This document shows positions 38,139 to 48,450 of a DNA stretch of 64,000 nt, piece by piece (the first letter of the stretch is position 1; the number at the start of each line of letters is the position of its first letter). The stretch is from a virus. Made by a program: the position numbers and the translations under genes. The stretch lies in the UHGV virus genome UHGV-0020835; one strand, given 5' to 3'. The notes under the pieces were generated by a model. It did not search any database. It had not been told where the DNA came from and saw only the letters and a program-made list of their open reading frames with translations.

Positions 38139-39684
38139 TAAGTTCTGCCGAGTCAGATTTGTCTAATCTGTCTTTTTTGGGACGGCCACCTGTATCTCCA
38201 CCAGCCGTTGTGTTTGTGTTCAACATAAGCTGGCTATACTTATCAAGCCATCCACTATTCTTGCTGGCCATTAAGCTCTTCTCAAATACAACAGGATTCA
38301 TGCCAATCAAAGACGCATAAACAGAACTATCAAACACAAGTCCCTTATCGGCCAGTTTCATCACATCGTCAAATCTCTGTTGACGTTCACTGCGATAAGT
38401 AGAACCATTAAACACAAACTGCCACTTAAACTTCTTAGTAAGCTGATTGCCAAAGAAATTCATAAACTTACTAAACTGGTCATATAGAGGGCGCATAGTT
38501 TGATAAGTTTCGTTCTGTCCTGCCTCAATCTCGGCATTAGACATTCTATCAGAACTATAAATAACCCGACTTACATTACTACCAACACCAGCAGTAGAAC
38601 TTACCTGAGTGGTATACATTGAAGGGTTGCTATCGTTGTACTGGAAAAATTTATTGTCACTAGTAGGCATTGCCGCAACCTTAATTGTGTTGCCAAGACC
38701 TTGTTTTACTTTAGACATAAAAGCACCCAATGTCTTGGGATCGATTGCAAACTGATTTTTCTGTGTACCAGACTTAGCATTATCGAACAGCTGAATGGCA
38801 CCAGCCAAAATACCATAAGCGGCATTTATGTCCTTATCCAACTGCAACTGCTGAACCTCATCATCAGTAATAGCGTTCTTTAGTAGAGGGGCAAGATAAG
38901 GTGTGGTATTAAAGTTGCTTAGGTTCAACTTAAATGCGAAGGCACCATCTGTAGGCGATGTCTGTGTCCACATAGCGTAAGTACCAACACGATCTGCAAA
39001 TGGGTTAGTAGGACGATAATCTTTGAAAGACTCATTTTCACTAAACACACGTTTATAATATCTCTTAAAAGCGGGGTCAAAACTGTCAATATCTACGCCC
39101 GGGTTCAAAAAATATTGCATATTAAAATCAAATAACGGCCCAACATCACTCATTGCGGTCATCATACAATAATCTTGAGGCAACATCTGTAACGCATACC
39201 GCATCTGTCCCTTATTGCCCCACTTGGTTTTGCGCCACCAGCAATAATATACTTCATGCAACAAAACCTGTTCAACTACTTTTCTAAACTCGCCCTTATA
39301 ATCAAACTTTAGCAGAAAATCATCAATTCGCCGTTTATCGTCCTTATATGCCTTTGTATCGTAATCAGATTCATCGGCATTGATACAGACACATTGTAAG
39401 TCAAAAGCTAAAGCATTGGCATAATTCTTGACGGTTTTGGCAAAGACCATGTCAAAAACTGACATATATTCCATATAACTCTGAATGTTTTCTGCGTTAT
39501 TGCGATAATCAGACAACGCTTGCCTAACAGCCTTAGATGTAGCCTCTCTTGCATCATTATTAAGGTCTTGCAAAATAGCGTTGCTCAACCAAGGCGACCA
39601 TACATTATACATTTCACCATAAGCCAGCCCAGCCGCAAAATCAATAACATCTTGAACTTGGGGTTTGGTTAATTCTTCAGGCAT
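38125..39684 (-). CDS. portal protein
   Basis: 519 aa immediately downstream of terminase large subunit. Confidence 0.55.
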   Translation of the reverse strand: MPEELTKPQVQDVIDFAAGLAYGEMYNVWSPWLSNAILQDLNNDAREATSKAVRQALSDYRNNAENIQSYMEYMSVFDMVFAKTVKNYANALAFDLQCVCINADESDYDTKAYKDDKRRIDDFLLKFDYKGEFRKVVEQVLLHEVYYCWWRKTKWGNKGQMRYALQMLPQDYCMMTAMSDVGPLFDFNMQYFLNPGVDIDSFDPAFKRYYKRVFSENESFKDYRPTNPFADRVGTYAMWTQTSPTDGAFAFKLNLSNFNTTPYLAPLLKNAITDDEVQQLQLDKDINAAYGILAGAIQLFDNAKSGTQKNQFAIDPKTLGAFMSKVKQGLGNTIKVAAMPTSDNKFFQYNDSNPSMYTTQVSSTAGVGSNVSRVIYSSDRMSNAEIEAGQNETYQTMRPLYDQFSKFMNFFGNQLTKKFKWQFVFNGSTYRSERQQRFDDVMKLADKGLVFDSSVYASLIGMNPVVFEKSLMASKNSGWLDKYSQLMLNTNTTAGGDTGGRPKKDRLDKSDSAELNDDQ

Positions 39685-39707
39685 TTGTCACACTCCTTTC
39701 TTTTAGA

Positions 39708-41561
39708 TTAAAAGACAAGTTGAATATTATCTATATCCAAGTCATCTTCTTGCATAGATTGGTTATATTTATTTTCAAGCTTACTGGCAATATAATTACC
39801 GTAAGACAAACAAACAACACGGTCTTTTGTGCCACTACGAGGCTCTTTAAGGCGCACTCTGCCTTCCTTAAATTCAGCACTAAGATTGACCGCTTCAGTA
39901 ATTAGCATATCAATCTGAGCATGAGGAGCCATAGCTTCGCCAAATTCTTCGCTGGTCATATCAAAATAAGAACCATTTTCTTCCAATTGCGTTTGTTTAT
40001 CTTGACTATTGATTAAAAACTTGATATTATTGCTGTCCAGTTGACGCCTTAATTCCATCCACATACTCGCATTGAGGTCGATTGTACCCACCATCGGAAT
40101 CATACAAGCTATTGCATTTTTATCAACAGTACGTTCTACAAGGTCTTGCAATTTATTGTCAGGCAATACTTGCAAATCTTTTTCGGTACTAATAGTTAAA
40201 CCATTAGTACGTCTATTACCAAAAGCCTTATCTGAATCCCACACCATAGTTGTTTTATTGTACAACGTCTCTCCACCTGAACGGAGATCTGGTATAAAAT
40301 AATCTGCTTGATAATCCCAGAACAATTCTCTGGCGCGGTCAGCAGACCCTAAACTATCGCTAGCTTCGTGACCTTCAATGTAATCTACATGACGTTCAAA
40401 CCGATTACCTTTCCAATGCAACGACATTAACAAAATAATTGTGTTGTCGTTCTTTTCTTTTGAAGTAGTATTGGCAAAAGCGTAGTCTGTCACAACCAGC
40501 CGTATTTCATTATTCTCTTTGGGCGAATTGTGCATATCTTTGTCAACATATAAATCAATTTCTGAAGGCGGATTAAAAGCGTTTTCAATTATTTGGTTAT
40601 TCTTAAAAGATTTATAAGCAAAAAAAGCATCTTCTGCCTCGCCGATAGCCTCGTTATATAATTCTTGACGAATAATCAGCTCAGAATCGTTCTTTAATGC
40701 TTCTAATAAATATTCTTCTGTCTTTAAGCCTTCTTCAATAACATTAAAGATATCAAAAGCAAAAACCTTATACGATACCCTGTGACTCATATAATACCCT
40801 GTTACACAGTTGGTAAAATCCCTATAGGCCCAGTCCGACTTAAATCGATTAGATGTAATGTATGTGGTCTTAGCCTGTTCAACCCATCGTTTCTGTTTCT
40901 TAAACTCATCGTTGGTTCGCATAAAATCAATTTGTCTGGGACGGCGCATAGGGTTAAAGACAGCAGAAATAATGTGTTTCTTTAACTGCATAGCCTCTTC
41001 AAGAATTAGCCAAGTGCATCTTTCGCCTCTCGCTGAATCTACCATCGGCAACACGCGAATACTTGACCCATTAAAAGGAAATAGCACAACAGCAACATCA
41101 TTATCTCTCTTAACCTGAATCATACCAAGTTCTAAGAAACGGCGCAAAACTTCTGAGTGTTTCATAATAATCTCATCACGAATCTTACGCTCAATCATCT
41201 TGTTAGCTTGGTCAATAGTAGAAGCAGTAATGACAACTTCTGTGTTAGGAAATAATAAACACCTAATAACAGCCCCTAAACCCAACACATAAGTCTTAGC
41301 TGAGTTACGGCTACACATATCAAACGTGACCTGCGCATTAAACATTTGCCATAACATATAATGCTGATATGGCAAGAGCTTCATCTTCAAACGCCACTCA
41401 GCATAAATGCCAGGATTGTATCTAAACAGCGTAGTCCACTCTATTTGTCTTTCTTCTTGTATGTTATCCGCGTAACCAAGAAATTCTTTGCCTTCTTTAT
41501 CTCCAACCAGCTTATATTGCTGAAAAGAGGCCATTTTCTTTGCATCTGAAACAAAAGGCAT
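39708..41561 (-). CDS. terminase large subunit
   Basis: Walker A-like CSRNSAKT, Walker B TWLILEEA, C-terminal nuclease region; 617 aa. Confidence 0.75.
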   Translation of the reverse strand: MPFVSDAKKMASFQQYKLVGDKEGKEFLGYADNIQEERQIEWTTLFRYNPGIYAEWRLKMKLLPYQHYMLWQMFNAQVTFDMCSRNSAKTYVLGLGAVIRCLLFPNTEVVITASTIDQANKMIERKIRDEIIMKHSEVLRRFLELGMIQVKRDNDVAVVLFPFNGSSIRVLPMVDSARGERCTWLILEEAMQLKKHIISAVFNPMRRPRQIDFMRTNDEFKKQKRWVEQAKTTYITSNRFKSDWAYRDFTNCVTGYYMSHRVSYKVFAFDIFNVIEEGLKTEEYLLEALKNDSELIIRQELYNEAIGEAEDAFFAYKSFKNNQIIENAFNPPSEIDLYVDKDMHNSPKENNEIRLVVTDYAFANTTSKEKNDNTIILLMSLHWKGNRFERHVDYIEGHEASDSLGSADRARELFWDYQADYFIPDLRSGGETLYNKTTMVWDSDKAFGNRRTNGLTISTEKDLQVLPDNKLQDLVERTVDKNAIACMIPMVGTIDLNASMWMELRRQLDSNNIKFLINSQDKQTQLEENGSYFDMTSEEFGEAMAPHAQIDMLITEAVNLSAEFKEGRVRLKEPRSGTKDRVVCLSYGNYIASKLENKYNQSMQEDDLDIDNIQLVF

Positions 41562-41562
41562 A

Positions 41563-42519
41563 TCACCCCTCCTTGGTAATAGAAGGATAATCTCTTGTCC
41601 CGGCTATCAAATTTCTTAAAGGCCGCATAAGTTGATTTTCAAGATTATGGCAACCACAATAATCCTCGTAGACACTAATATCTTCAAGCTCTGCGGGTTT
41701 ATATTTTTCCATCATAGCTATTTGATATTCAAGTGTTTTTTCCACATCTGTCTTTGTGTTACTTTGGAATTTATCAAGCTTCAGCAACTCAAGATTTTTC
41801 TTAATACTATCTTGTGCTTTAGCAATCTCATTGATATCACCATTTTCATCCGCTTTACGTTTTCTAAGCTCGGCTTTACATAAATCACGATATCTCAATT
41901 CCATTGCAGTATCAATAAAGAATAGATTTTTTGTGTACATTTCATAAAACCTATTCAACAAGTCATAATCCCCGATTTCAAACTTGCCCCAAAGACGTTC
42001 CTGTTCAGCCAAATCAACAGCTTTATCTTTTTCGGCTTTGACAATATCATCTTCTGTGATTTTTCTTTCAACAAAATCATCCAACATCATATCACTCTGC
42101 CAAAAACCTTCAACCTGAAAACACATATCTCTAAGAGTATTGTGATAAGCCATAAACAAATTACCTGCTTTAGGTAATTCAGAATGCCGTTTAATAGCCA
42201 TATCATAATATTCTCTAATTACAGGATAACCCATCTCAGCACACAAACACCACAATGCCCCACCTTCAGACTTCAATGCCTCTTTGTATGCACTAAACCT
42301 TGCACTTAAACAAGAACGACACAAGGGCAAATATTTATGATGGCGAGGATTCAGGCTTTGAATAAATCCAGTCTTTTCTTTTGGGGTCATACACCCCACA
42401 CACCACGTTTGAGTGTTTCTGTTAAATTCTGCCATCCGTTTATTCCTTTCTTTCATTAAGAAAAGTAGGGCCAAGCTGCAACCCCTAGCCCCGCTTAACC
42501 ATATGAAAAACCTTTTCAT
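41563..42519 (-). CDS. putative terminase small subunit / DNA-binding protein
   Basis: Directly upstream of TerL. Cys4 cluster CVGCMT..CRSC. Likely true start at MAEF (about 42435). Confidence 0.3.
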   Translation of the reverse strand: MKRFFIWLSGARGCSLALLFLMKERNKRMAEFNRNTQTWCVGCMTPKEKTGFIQSLNPRHHKYLPLCRSCLSARFSAYKEALKSEGGALWCLCAEMGYPVIREYYDMAIKRHSELPKAGNLFMAYHNTLRDMCFQVEGFWQSDMMLDDFVERKITEDDIVKAEKDKAVDLAEQERLWGKFEIGDYDLLNRFYEMYTKNLFFIDTAMELRYRDLCKAELRKRKADENGDINEIAKAQDSIKKNLELLKLDKFQSNTKTDVEKTLEYQIAMMEKYKPAELEDISVYEDYCGCHNLENQLMRPLRNLIAGTRDYPSITKEG

Positions 42520-42710
42520 TATTCAATTGTAATTAAATACTGATAGTTTGGTTTTAGACCACTTGTCAGAGATATTGGATCACCATTCCTTTCATACTTC
42601 GACATTATAAGTCAATGGATGCAAAGTACAGTGTCCTCCTTCCTTTCGGAAATTTAGTTAATGTCTCACCTTTCGGCTGACAAGATATTCAAACCGCATA
42701 GCGGGATGAA

Positions 42711-43889
42711 TCAAAGGTAATAGTTACGGCTCCAGGTCTTGCCGCTATCAGTATATACAGCCACATAGGCACTGGGCCGCGCTGCAACCCTAATTTTCTT
42801 GGAAAATGTATCAATTCCAACAATTGACCCGACACGGGTAAATACCCTGTCACCAACCTCAGTAATACCAATAGCCTTACTCTCAGGCCGATGTAAATGG
42901 CCACCATAGCCTTCATCAATATCGACATTATATAGATTGCTAAAATAATCCATAGTCGTGCTCAGGTCTTTATCTTCCCCATGACAGAACATGACATTAG
43001 TACCACGGATATCCTTAATGGCAATCTCCTGATAATTATTGATATTAAATCCAGCAATACCTTCATATCGTTGCTTCATATAGGCCACTACGAATTTGGT
43101 TAGATTTTCATCCTCAAATGTAGGCCGACTCTCAAGTAACCTCTGTGTGTCGTGATTACCACCAACTGTAATGACTTCAATATCTGTGCCCAGCTTCAAA
43201 TGCAAACGCAACAACCAACGACACATATCCTCAGAAAACCGAATAACAGTATCAATGACAGGCTCCCGCAGTTTCAGCAAGGAAGATGTGCGTAAAATAT
43301 TTTCAAAGCAATCCCCCAAAATAGCAACCTTACAATCCTTAAAGTCAATACAATCAGCCTCAATTTGGTCAATTAGATTATACAACCTGTGCCACATGAT
43401 GTTATAGTCGTACTTATTCACGGTTTCGCCATAGAGGCCGTATACTTCAAATGTAGAACCAGCATGAAAATCAGACAAGGTAATAAGCAAAGTAGAGTCC
43501 CCGTCAAGCCGATATGTATTCTCATACTCAGGTATCTGCAATGGCTCAAGACGGCCAATGGCCCTAATCAACTCTTCAGCAAATAGGTCGTTTCTGGCCT
43601 CTGCCCGTTGAATAGCATTATACTCAATATTGGTTGTGGACAGTTTAATTCTTTCAGCTTTGATTTGGCTCAATAGTTCTCTAAGCTCGTTAGACTTATC
43701 GCCCTCAACTTCTTGCCCTTCGACATTTTTCAAAAAGATACTAAACACCTTAGATGCTCTACGTAAATATTCTGAGCTGTATACGTCACGATAGTCTGGG
43801 CCAAGAACAATCTCAGCCCAGTCTTGATAATCAATTATTTTATCTTCAAGGTTCTGTGTCGCTAACCTCACTTTGTTTAGATACGTCAT
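42711..43889 (-). CDS. calcineurin-like metallophosphoesterase (Mre11/SbcD-like nuclease candidate)
   Basis: MPP motifs ITLSDFHAG, ILGDCFE, GGNHD, GHLHR. Confidence 0.65.
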   Translation of the reverse strand: MTYLNKVRLATQNLEDKIIDYQDWAEIVLGPDYRDVYSSEYLRRASKVFSIFLKNVEGQEVEGDKSNELRELLSQIKAERIKLSTTNIEYNAIQRAEARNDLFAEELIRAIGRLEPLQIPEYENTYRLDGDSTLLITLSDFHAGSTFEVYGLYGETVNKYDYNIMWHRLYNLIDQIEADCIDFKDCKVAILGDCFENILRTSSLLKLREPVIDTVIRFSEDMCRWLLRLHLKLGTDIEVITVGGNHDTQRLLESRPTFEDENLTKFVVAYMKQRYEGIAGFNINNYQEIAIKDIRGTNVMFCHGEDKDLSTTMDYFSNLYNVDIDEGYGGHLHRPESKAIGITEVGDRVFTRVGSIVGIDTFSKKIRVAARPSAYVAVYTDSGKTWSRNYYL

Positions 43890-44628
43890 CTACACTTTCC
43901 TCTTCCTGTTTATCAGCATATTTCCATTTATATCCGCCAGCAGTTTTTTGTTTACGAAACGGGTCGCAACAGTTGGAAATATAAACTTTATTAACACCAG
44001 TTACTTCCTCAGCCTTTGTCATAGACTTAAATTCGGCGATGTAATTGCCCTGTAAGTCCATCTGAATGACGGGCTGAGCGACAGTTCCTTTGCCAGAACT
44101 TCTTTCATTAGCCAAAATCTTATTTTGACGTTTGGTCTTTAACAATTCTTGTAATTCTTCCTGTGCCTTTTCACGCCGTTGCTCAACCATGTCTTCAACA
44201 ACATCGGCCAAATTTACAGCGTCGGCCCTAAATTCGCGCTCGTAATCACGGGCTGTAAGAACTCCTTTTTTAAGACGTTTTCTATATTTTTTAGTTACGC
44301 CTTGCATATTGATGTCGTTGATAAAATCATCCTCTGCGGCAAATAAAGGATAAACTCTAGGCGGAGCTGTATAAGTGGCATATTTGCCATTACCAATTGG
44401 TTGTGTCCAAGTCTTACCTTCTTCAAACCTTGTCGTAAAAGTTCCAAGTCCCGGTACTCTGCAACTACCGTTATAAAAAACCTCACGAATAATAACCTCT
44501 AAAAAAGCTGACCACCAATCAGCAGCGGTCTGTGTAGACGAACTATCTTTCCAACGACAAGCCTGTTTAAAAAATTCTTTATTTGTTACCATCATGGCGT
44601 TAGTAGTGCCTTTACTCGCCATTTTCAT
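43846..44628 (-). CDS. HU/IHF-like (DNABII) DNA-binding protein with C-terminal NUMOD1-like HTH
   Basis: VPGLGTFTTRFEEGKTW..PIGNGKYATYTAPPRVYPLF follows the HU arm pattern. C-terminus VTGVNKVYISNCCDPFRKQKTAGGYKWKY is NUMOD1-like. Confidence 0.5.
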   Translation of the reverse strand: MKMASKGTTNAMMVTNKEFFKQACRWKDSSSTQTAADWWSAFLEVIIREVFYNGSCRVPGLGTFTTRFEEGKTWTQPIGNGKYATYTAPPRVYPLFAAEDDFINDINMQGVTKKYRKRLKKGVLTARDYEREFRADAVNLADVVEDMVEQRREKAQEELQELLKTKRQNKILANERSSGKGTVAQPVIQMDLQGNYIAEFKSMTKAEEVTGVNKVYISNCCDPFRKQKTAGGYKWKYADKQEEESVDDVSKQSEVSDTEP

Positions 44629-45052
44629 CTTCTCCTATTTCGTTATTTTCCATTCCTTCATCTTCTTCATAAACCGCTGTTTCAGCTGTCCCAAATTTCA
44701 TCGGATTTTCCTCACCCAATTCAAAACGAGAAGCTTCTTTCAACACTTTGGCCCAGGCAGACCCAACTCTAAATACCGTCTTTTGAAACCCCGAAGTGTT
44801 TTGCGGTTTATTATATTGTAATTCCTTTGGGTTCCATGTTACCACATCTTCTTTAGGCATAATTTGTCTCCAACCAAAATAACCGATACGCCCAAAGGGA
44901 ACCTCAACATTCCCCAAAAGCGCCTCTTCTGTAATTTCAACGTAAAGGCTCATTACTGTTTTGATCATTTCAAGAGGAATACCACTACGCTTGAAAATTT
45001 GGTCTGCTATTTCACGATTAGTCAAAGTCGGTTTTTTTGCGTGAAATCCCAT
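44612..45052 (-). CDS. hypothetical protein
   Basis: 146-aa ORF between the large RNAP-like gene and the HU-like gene. Confidence 0.4.
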   Translation of the reverse strand: MGFHAKKPTLTNREIADQIFKRSGIPLEMIKTVMSLYVEITEEALLGNVEVPFGRIGYFGWRQIMPKEDVVTWNPKELQYNKPQNTSGFQKTVFRVGSAWAKVLKEASRFELGEENPMKFGTAETAVYEEDEGMENNEIGEDENGE

Positions 45053-45112
45053 ATTTTTGCTCCTTTTCCCTAATAATTATATTATAATGACGGGGGGTAG
45101 TTTCACAAACCC

Positions 45113-47695
45113 TTATGTATCAAGGGTTTCAGGCACTTTTGGCTTCACCTGTTGCCTATTTTCACGTTTTTTCTGAATGTCCATTGTATGAGCGCAATCA
45201 ACAGAGCAACATACTTGGTTATGCACATTTGGTTCAAATCTTTTACCGCAAATGGGACACACCTTACCGCTAACATTGGCTTTAAGATTGGCAACAATGA
45301 CGTCCCCAAAGCAAGCCCACAGCATCTTTTTATTGCTGGATTTTTTTACTGTGTACAAATAAGCGATAAGGCTATTAACAATAAAATCTATTGACTCGTT
45401 GCTAAACCCTATAATATCTTGAGCAATTGTACGATACTTATAAAGGTCATTCTCATTAATGTGTTCATTATCGCCATAATCAAATCGACGCTGATTTTTA
45501 ACCCACCAATTGTATCGTTCAATAATAAGCGAATTTTCACGAATGGTATAATCGACTTTTTTATTTGTCAGCATCGTCCAATCAAACTTACTGATTTTGC
45601 TATTATACCGAATCCGCGCATCAGGTATTTTAACAGAAATCCGATTCATTGTAGATTCGTTTGGTGGCTCAACTTGCGTAATAGGATCTTTATCTTTTGC
45701 GTACTGGAAAAAATTAGGCAATTTTGATTGAGTGTATTTTTTGATAATATTAGCCACTTCTTTAGGCGGCTCCGATTTCCAAAGTGTTTTCGCAAAATCA
45801 ATCACTTGGTTATTTTTCATGGTCAACCAAGCAATAACTTTAATCTGCTCTTCAGATAGCTTGCCACTATTAGCGTTTTTAACTTTAGAAATTGCATTAC
45901 TAATTGGCCCAATTGAACCACCCGTGTATGCCGTACTCACGCCCTCATATAAGCGATCTGCGTCTATAATACCACCTCTGGCTTTTTTCAAATCATAAGA
46001 CAAAGGCACAATACCCTGCATGTTTCGCTTGGCCACAGTTGTTAACGTTCTATCTTTTACAACTAATGAAATGTCACCATCAAAATCTTGCTGTAAAATT
46101 CGGCTAATCATATCATGGGCGCTAAAATACACACATTTTGTTCCACCAAACCATTTATCTGTTAATTCATTTCGTTTATTTATTCTGACAGCATGTTCTT
46201 GATACAAGTGAGGACTTCTTAAACAATCAAGTTCATCACCATCTTTGAATTGATTTGTATAAACTTCACCATTGGCTAACAAACCATCTGGCCTTTGTTC
46301 TCCCTTGAATAACCATTCGCAAAAAGCAAAGGGGTCAGGAGAAATAAACAAATATTTCCCATTAATTCTTAATCTGCCACCTTTTGCTTGCTTCACAAGA
46401 CTCTTCTTAGTCTGCTTTAATATTTCACAGCTATAAACATCTCTAAACAACTCAGGATAAATCATTAATGCTTCTTGTACAGCTGATTTATTTTTATTAT
46501 ATTCCGTCGCACCAAGTAGCCGCATAGTAGTCTGGTAATCTTTCCCAATACTTTCAATTTCTTCGACAGATTTAGAAATAAGTCTATCAATTTCATTGTC
46601 TTTCATATCGCCAAGAGATTGCAACATTTGGTAGTTTATTCTTGCATTAGAAATATAATCTTCTTCAACTTTACAACAACCAAAATAGCAATTATATGCT
46701 TTAAAGTTTGCTTTATAGCAAATCCAGCTTGGATAAAATTTATATAACTTAAACATTGATTTCGTTAAAATAAACTGAATATCATCCCCCAAAATATTCC
46801 AATCTTGTCCATAAATATCTGTTACAACCCAATCATCGGCAGGGCAGTATTCTTTTAACCACGCACGAAAATCAAAAAATGAAACAAGCCCCTTTATCCA
46901 AGGCCCCCGAATAATCTGCGTTTTAAATCCTGGTTTACAACACATCCCCCACCCATCTGTTTCGGCGATTATAGTTTCAGACACCTTGCGAGTAATACTA
47001 TAATCCGTATAATCAATAAAATCTGATTCAGCAGTTACCGGCATTTCAAAATCTTCAACAACAATACACCGGTCAATATCAAAATCTTCAATTCTGTCAG
47101 TGGCTGAAGCCATCAAACTTTTATAACTAAGCAATTTGTTTTCATTCATGCCACCCTGAGCGTTGATAGAGTCTATGGTCAAACCACACATTAACGTTCT
47201 TTGAACTTCTTCGTAATCTTTTTCTTTAACCGCCATAAAACGTTTAGTTCTAATCATTCCAGCGCCGCAAGAGTAAAAAATATAATGGTCGCCTTTGTAA
47301 TTAAAGCCATTATGAATGATACTGTTAAGAATTTCAAAGAAAAAAACATTAACAATAATAATTTTATCACTACGTTCATAAGGCTGAATGCCCAGATTTC
47401 TAGTAAGCTCAGAACAAAAAAGATTAATAATATTTTTATCTTTGATTGCCTCTGGATTTAATTCTCTTATGATATTATCTTCAAGAGACTTTTTTAATAA
47501 AATAACAAGTTTTTCTTTATATTTTTTAAGAACTCGATTCGCAGAAGAAATACGCCAATCTCGATTCAAACCTTCTTTTTCTCGCTTGCGCAAAGAATAA
47601 AGCTTAATCATTTTTTCATGTATGACCTGTTCTTCTGGTGTATAAAAAGCATCTGTTGCAACAGCAGGAATATAACAAAACTCGGTCAATGGCAC
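45113..47695 (-). CDS. large DFDGD-motif protein: candidate YonO-like single-subunit RNA polymerase (alternative: primase-polymerase)
   Basis: 860 aa, GTG start with RBS gaggtgg. LQQDFDGDISLVV carries the DxDGD catalytic signature. C-terminal Cys4 ribbon. First gene of the late operon with an HU-like gene downstream, as SPbeta yonO-yonN. Confidence 0.4.
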   Translation of the reverse strand: MPLTEFCYIPAVATDAFYTPEEQVIHEKMIKLYSLRKREKEGLNRDWRISSANRVLKKYKEKLVILLKKSLEDNIIRELNPEAIKDKNIINLFCSELTRNLGIQPYERSDKIIIVNVFFFEILNSIIHNGFNYKGDHYIFYSCGAGMIRTKRFMAVKEKDYEEVQRTLMCGLTIDSINAQGGMNENKLLSYKSLMASATDRIEDFDIDRCIVVEDFEMPVTAESDFIDYTDYSITRKVSETIIAETDGWGMCCKPGFKTQIIRGPWIKGLVSFFDFRAWLKEYCPADDWVVTDIYGQDWNILGDDIQFILTKSMFKLYKFYPSWICYKANFKAYNCYFGCCKVEEDYISNARINYQMLQSLGDMKDNEIDRLISKSVEEIESIGKDYQTTMRLLGATEYNKNKSAVQEALMIYPELFRDVYSCEILKQTKKSLVKQAKGGRLRINGKYLFISPDPFAFCEWLFKGEQRPDGLLANGEVYTNQFKDGDELDCLRSPHLYQEHAVRINKRNELTDKWFGGTKCVYFSAHDMISRILQQDFDGDISLVVKDRTLTTVAKRNMQGIVPLSYDLKKARGGIIDADRLYEGVSTAYTGGSIGPISNAISKVKNANSGKLSEEQIKVIAWLTMKNNQVIDFAKTLWKSEPPKEVANIIKKYTQSKLPNFFQYAKDKDPITQVEPPNESTMNRISVKIPDARIRYNSKISKFDWTMLTNKKVDYTIRENSLIIERYNWWVKNQRRFDYGDNEHINENDLYKYRTIAQDIIGFSNESIDFIVNSLIAYLYTVKKSSNKKMLWACFGDVIVANLKANVSGKVCPICGKRFEPNVHNQVCCSVDCAHTMDIQKKRENRQQVKPKVPETLDT

Positions 47696-47704
47696 ATTTC
47701 CACC

Positions 47705-47827
47705 TCATTCATTAATCCATTCAGTCCATTCTTCTAAAGTCGGTTCATATATATCATCCCAAACCTCTGGTTCAGTCTCTTGGCCTGTTTGGGTGTATAC
47801 TTCATAACTCATCTCTCGCCACACCAT
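47705..47827 (-). CDS. small acidic ORF (40 aa) at head of late operon
   Basis: Internal ATG with RBS. The track ORF 47705..47893 would begin upstream of the predicted TSS. Confidence 0.3.
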   Translation of the reverse strand: MVWREMSYEVYTQTGQETEPEVWDDIYEPTLEEWTEWINE

Positions 47828-47865
47828 AATCTCACCTACTCTCCTTGGCGATTTTTCTAACTTGA

Positions 47866-47894
47866 TTATACCATGTTTTGTGCAATTTGTCAAG
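47866..47894 (-). promoter_or_regulatory. sigma-A promoter (TTGACA-N17-TGgTATAAT) for the minus-strand late operon
   Basis: Minus strand: ttgacaaattgcaaaaacatggtataat. Confidence 0.55.
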
Positions 47895-47931
47895 TATTAT
47901 TTTGTTCATAAAATGTTTACAATTTATACTC

Positions 47932-47962
47932 TTGACAAACAAAATGTTTTGTGGTATAATAT
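47932..47962 (+). promoter_or_regulatory. consensus sigma-A promoter (TTGACA-N17-TGgTATAAT) with no ORF for ~500 nt downstream
   Basis: ttgacaaacaaaatgttttgtggtataat. Faces the minus-strand promoter; followed by direct repeats gtattcacatata x2. Confidence 0.5.
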
Positions 47963-48083
47963 AAAGTATATATATTATTATATTATATTTAGTATTCACA
48001 TATATAAGAGTATTCACATATACTTTAACATATATGCTTTATATTGTCAAGTATACTAAGTATATATAGAATTTTGATTTTAA

Positions 48084-48113
48084 TAACTATGAACGATAGT
48101 GAATAGTTATTAA
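48084..48113. promoter_or_regulatory. palindromic operator-like site
   Basis: aataactat-N12-atagttatt. Confidence 0.4.
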
Positions 48114-48146
48114 AAGAAAAATTCAAGTAAAAAGAAAGTTGACCAA

Positions 48147-48183
48147 TTATCGCAACCACAATCGCAACATCAATCGCAACCAC
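48147..48183. repeat. three direct repeats AATCGCAAC with 12-nt period (iteron/operator array)
   Basis: tatcgcaaccac aatcgcaacatc aatcgcaaccac. Confidence 0.5.
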
Positions 48184-48419
48184 CACATTAGGCGGATGCT
48201 TAGAGCAAATTTTGTCCAGACCTTTTTATCCTCTATCCAAGTCTTAACCACAAACTATGCCCCGGTCACGCTCATTTCTTTTCTCAACATAGATAAATAA
48301 TCAATCTTCCTCGCTCCAAAATCGATTTATTTTGCTTCGGTATATAAGTTCATGCCCACACCTTGTTGAAGTAAAAATAGAGCTGATTTTCTTGATAATT
48401 TATTTATGAAAAAAATACT

Positions 48420-48450
48420 TGACAAATCTTTCACGTCATGGTACAATCTC
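48420..48450 (+). promoter_or_regulatory. sigma-A promoter TTGACA-N17-TGgTACAAT for early plus-strand genes
   Basis: ttgacaaatctttcacgtcatggtacaat, 14 nt upstream of the gene start at 48465. Confidence 0.55.
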
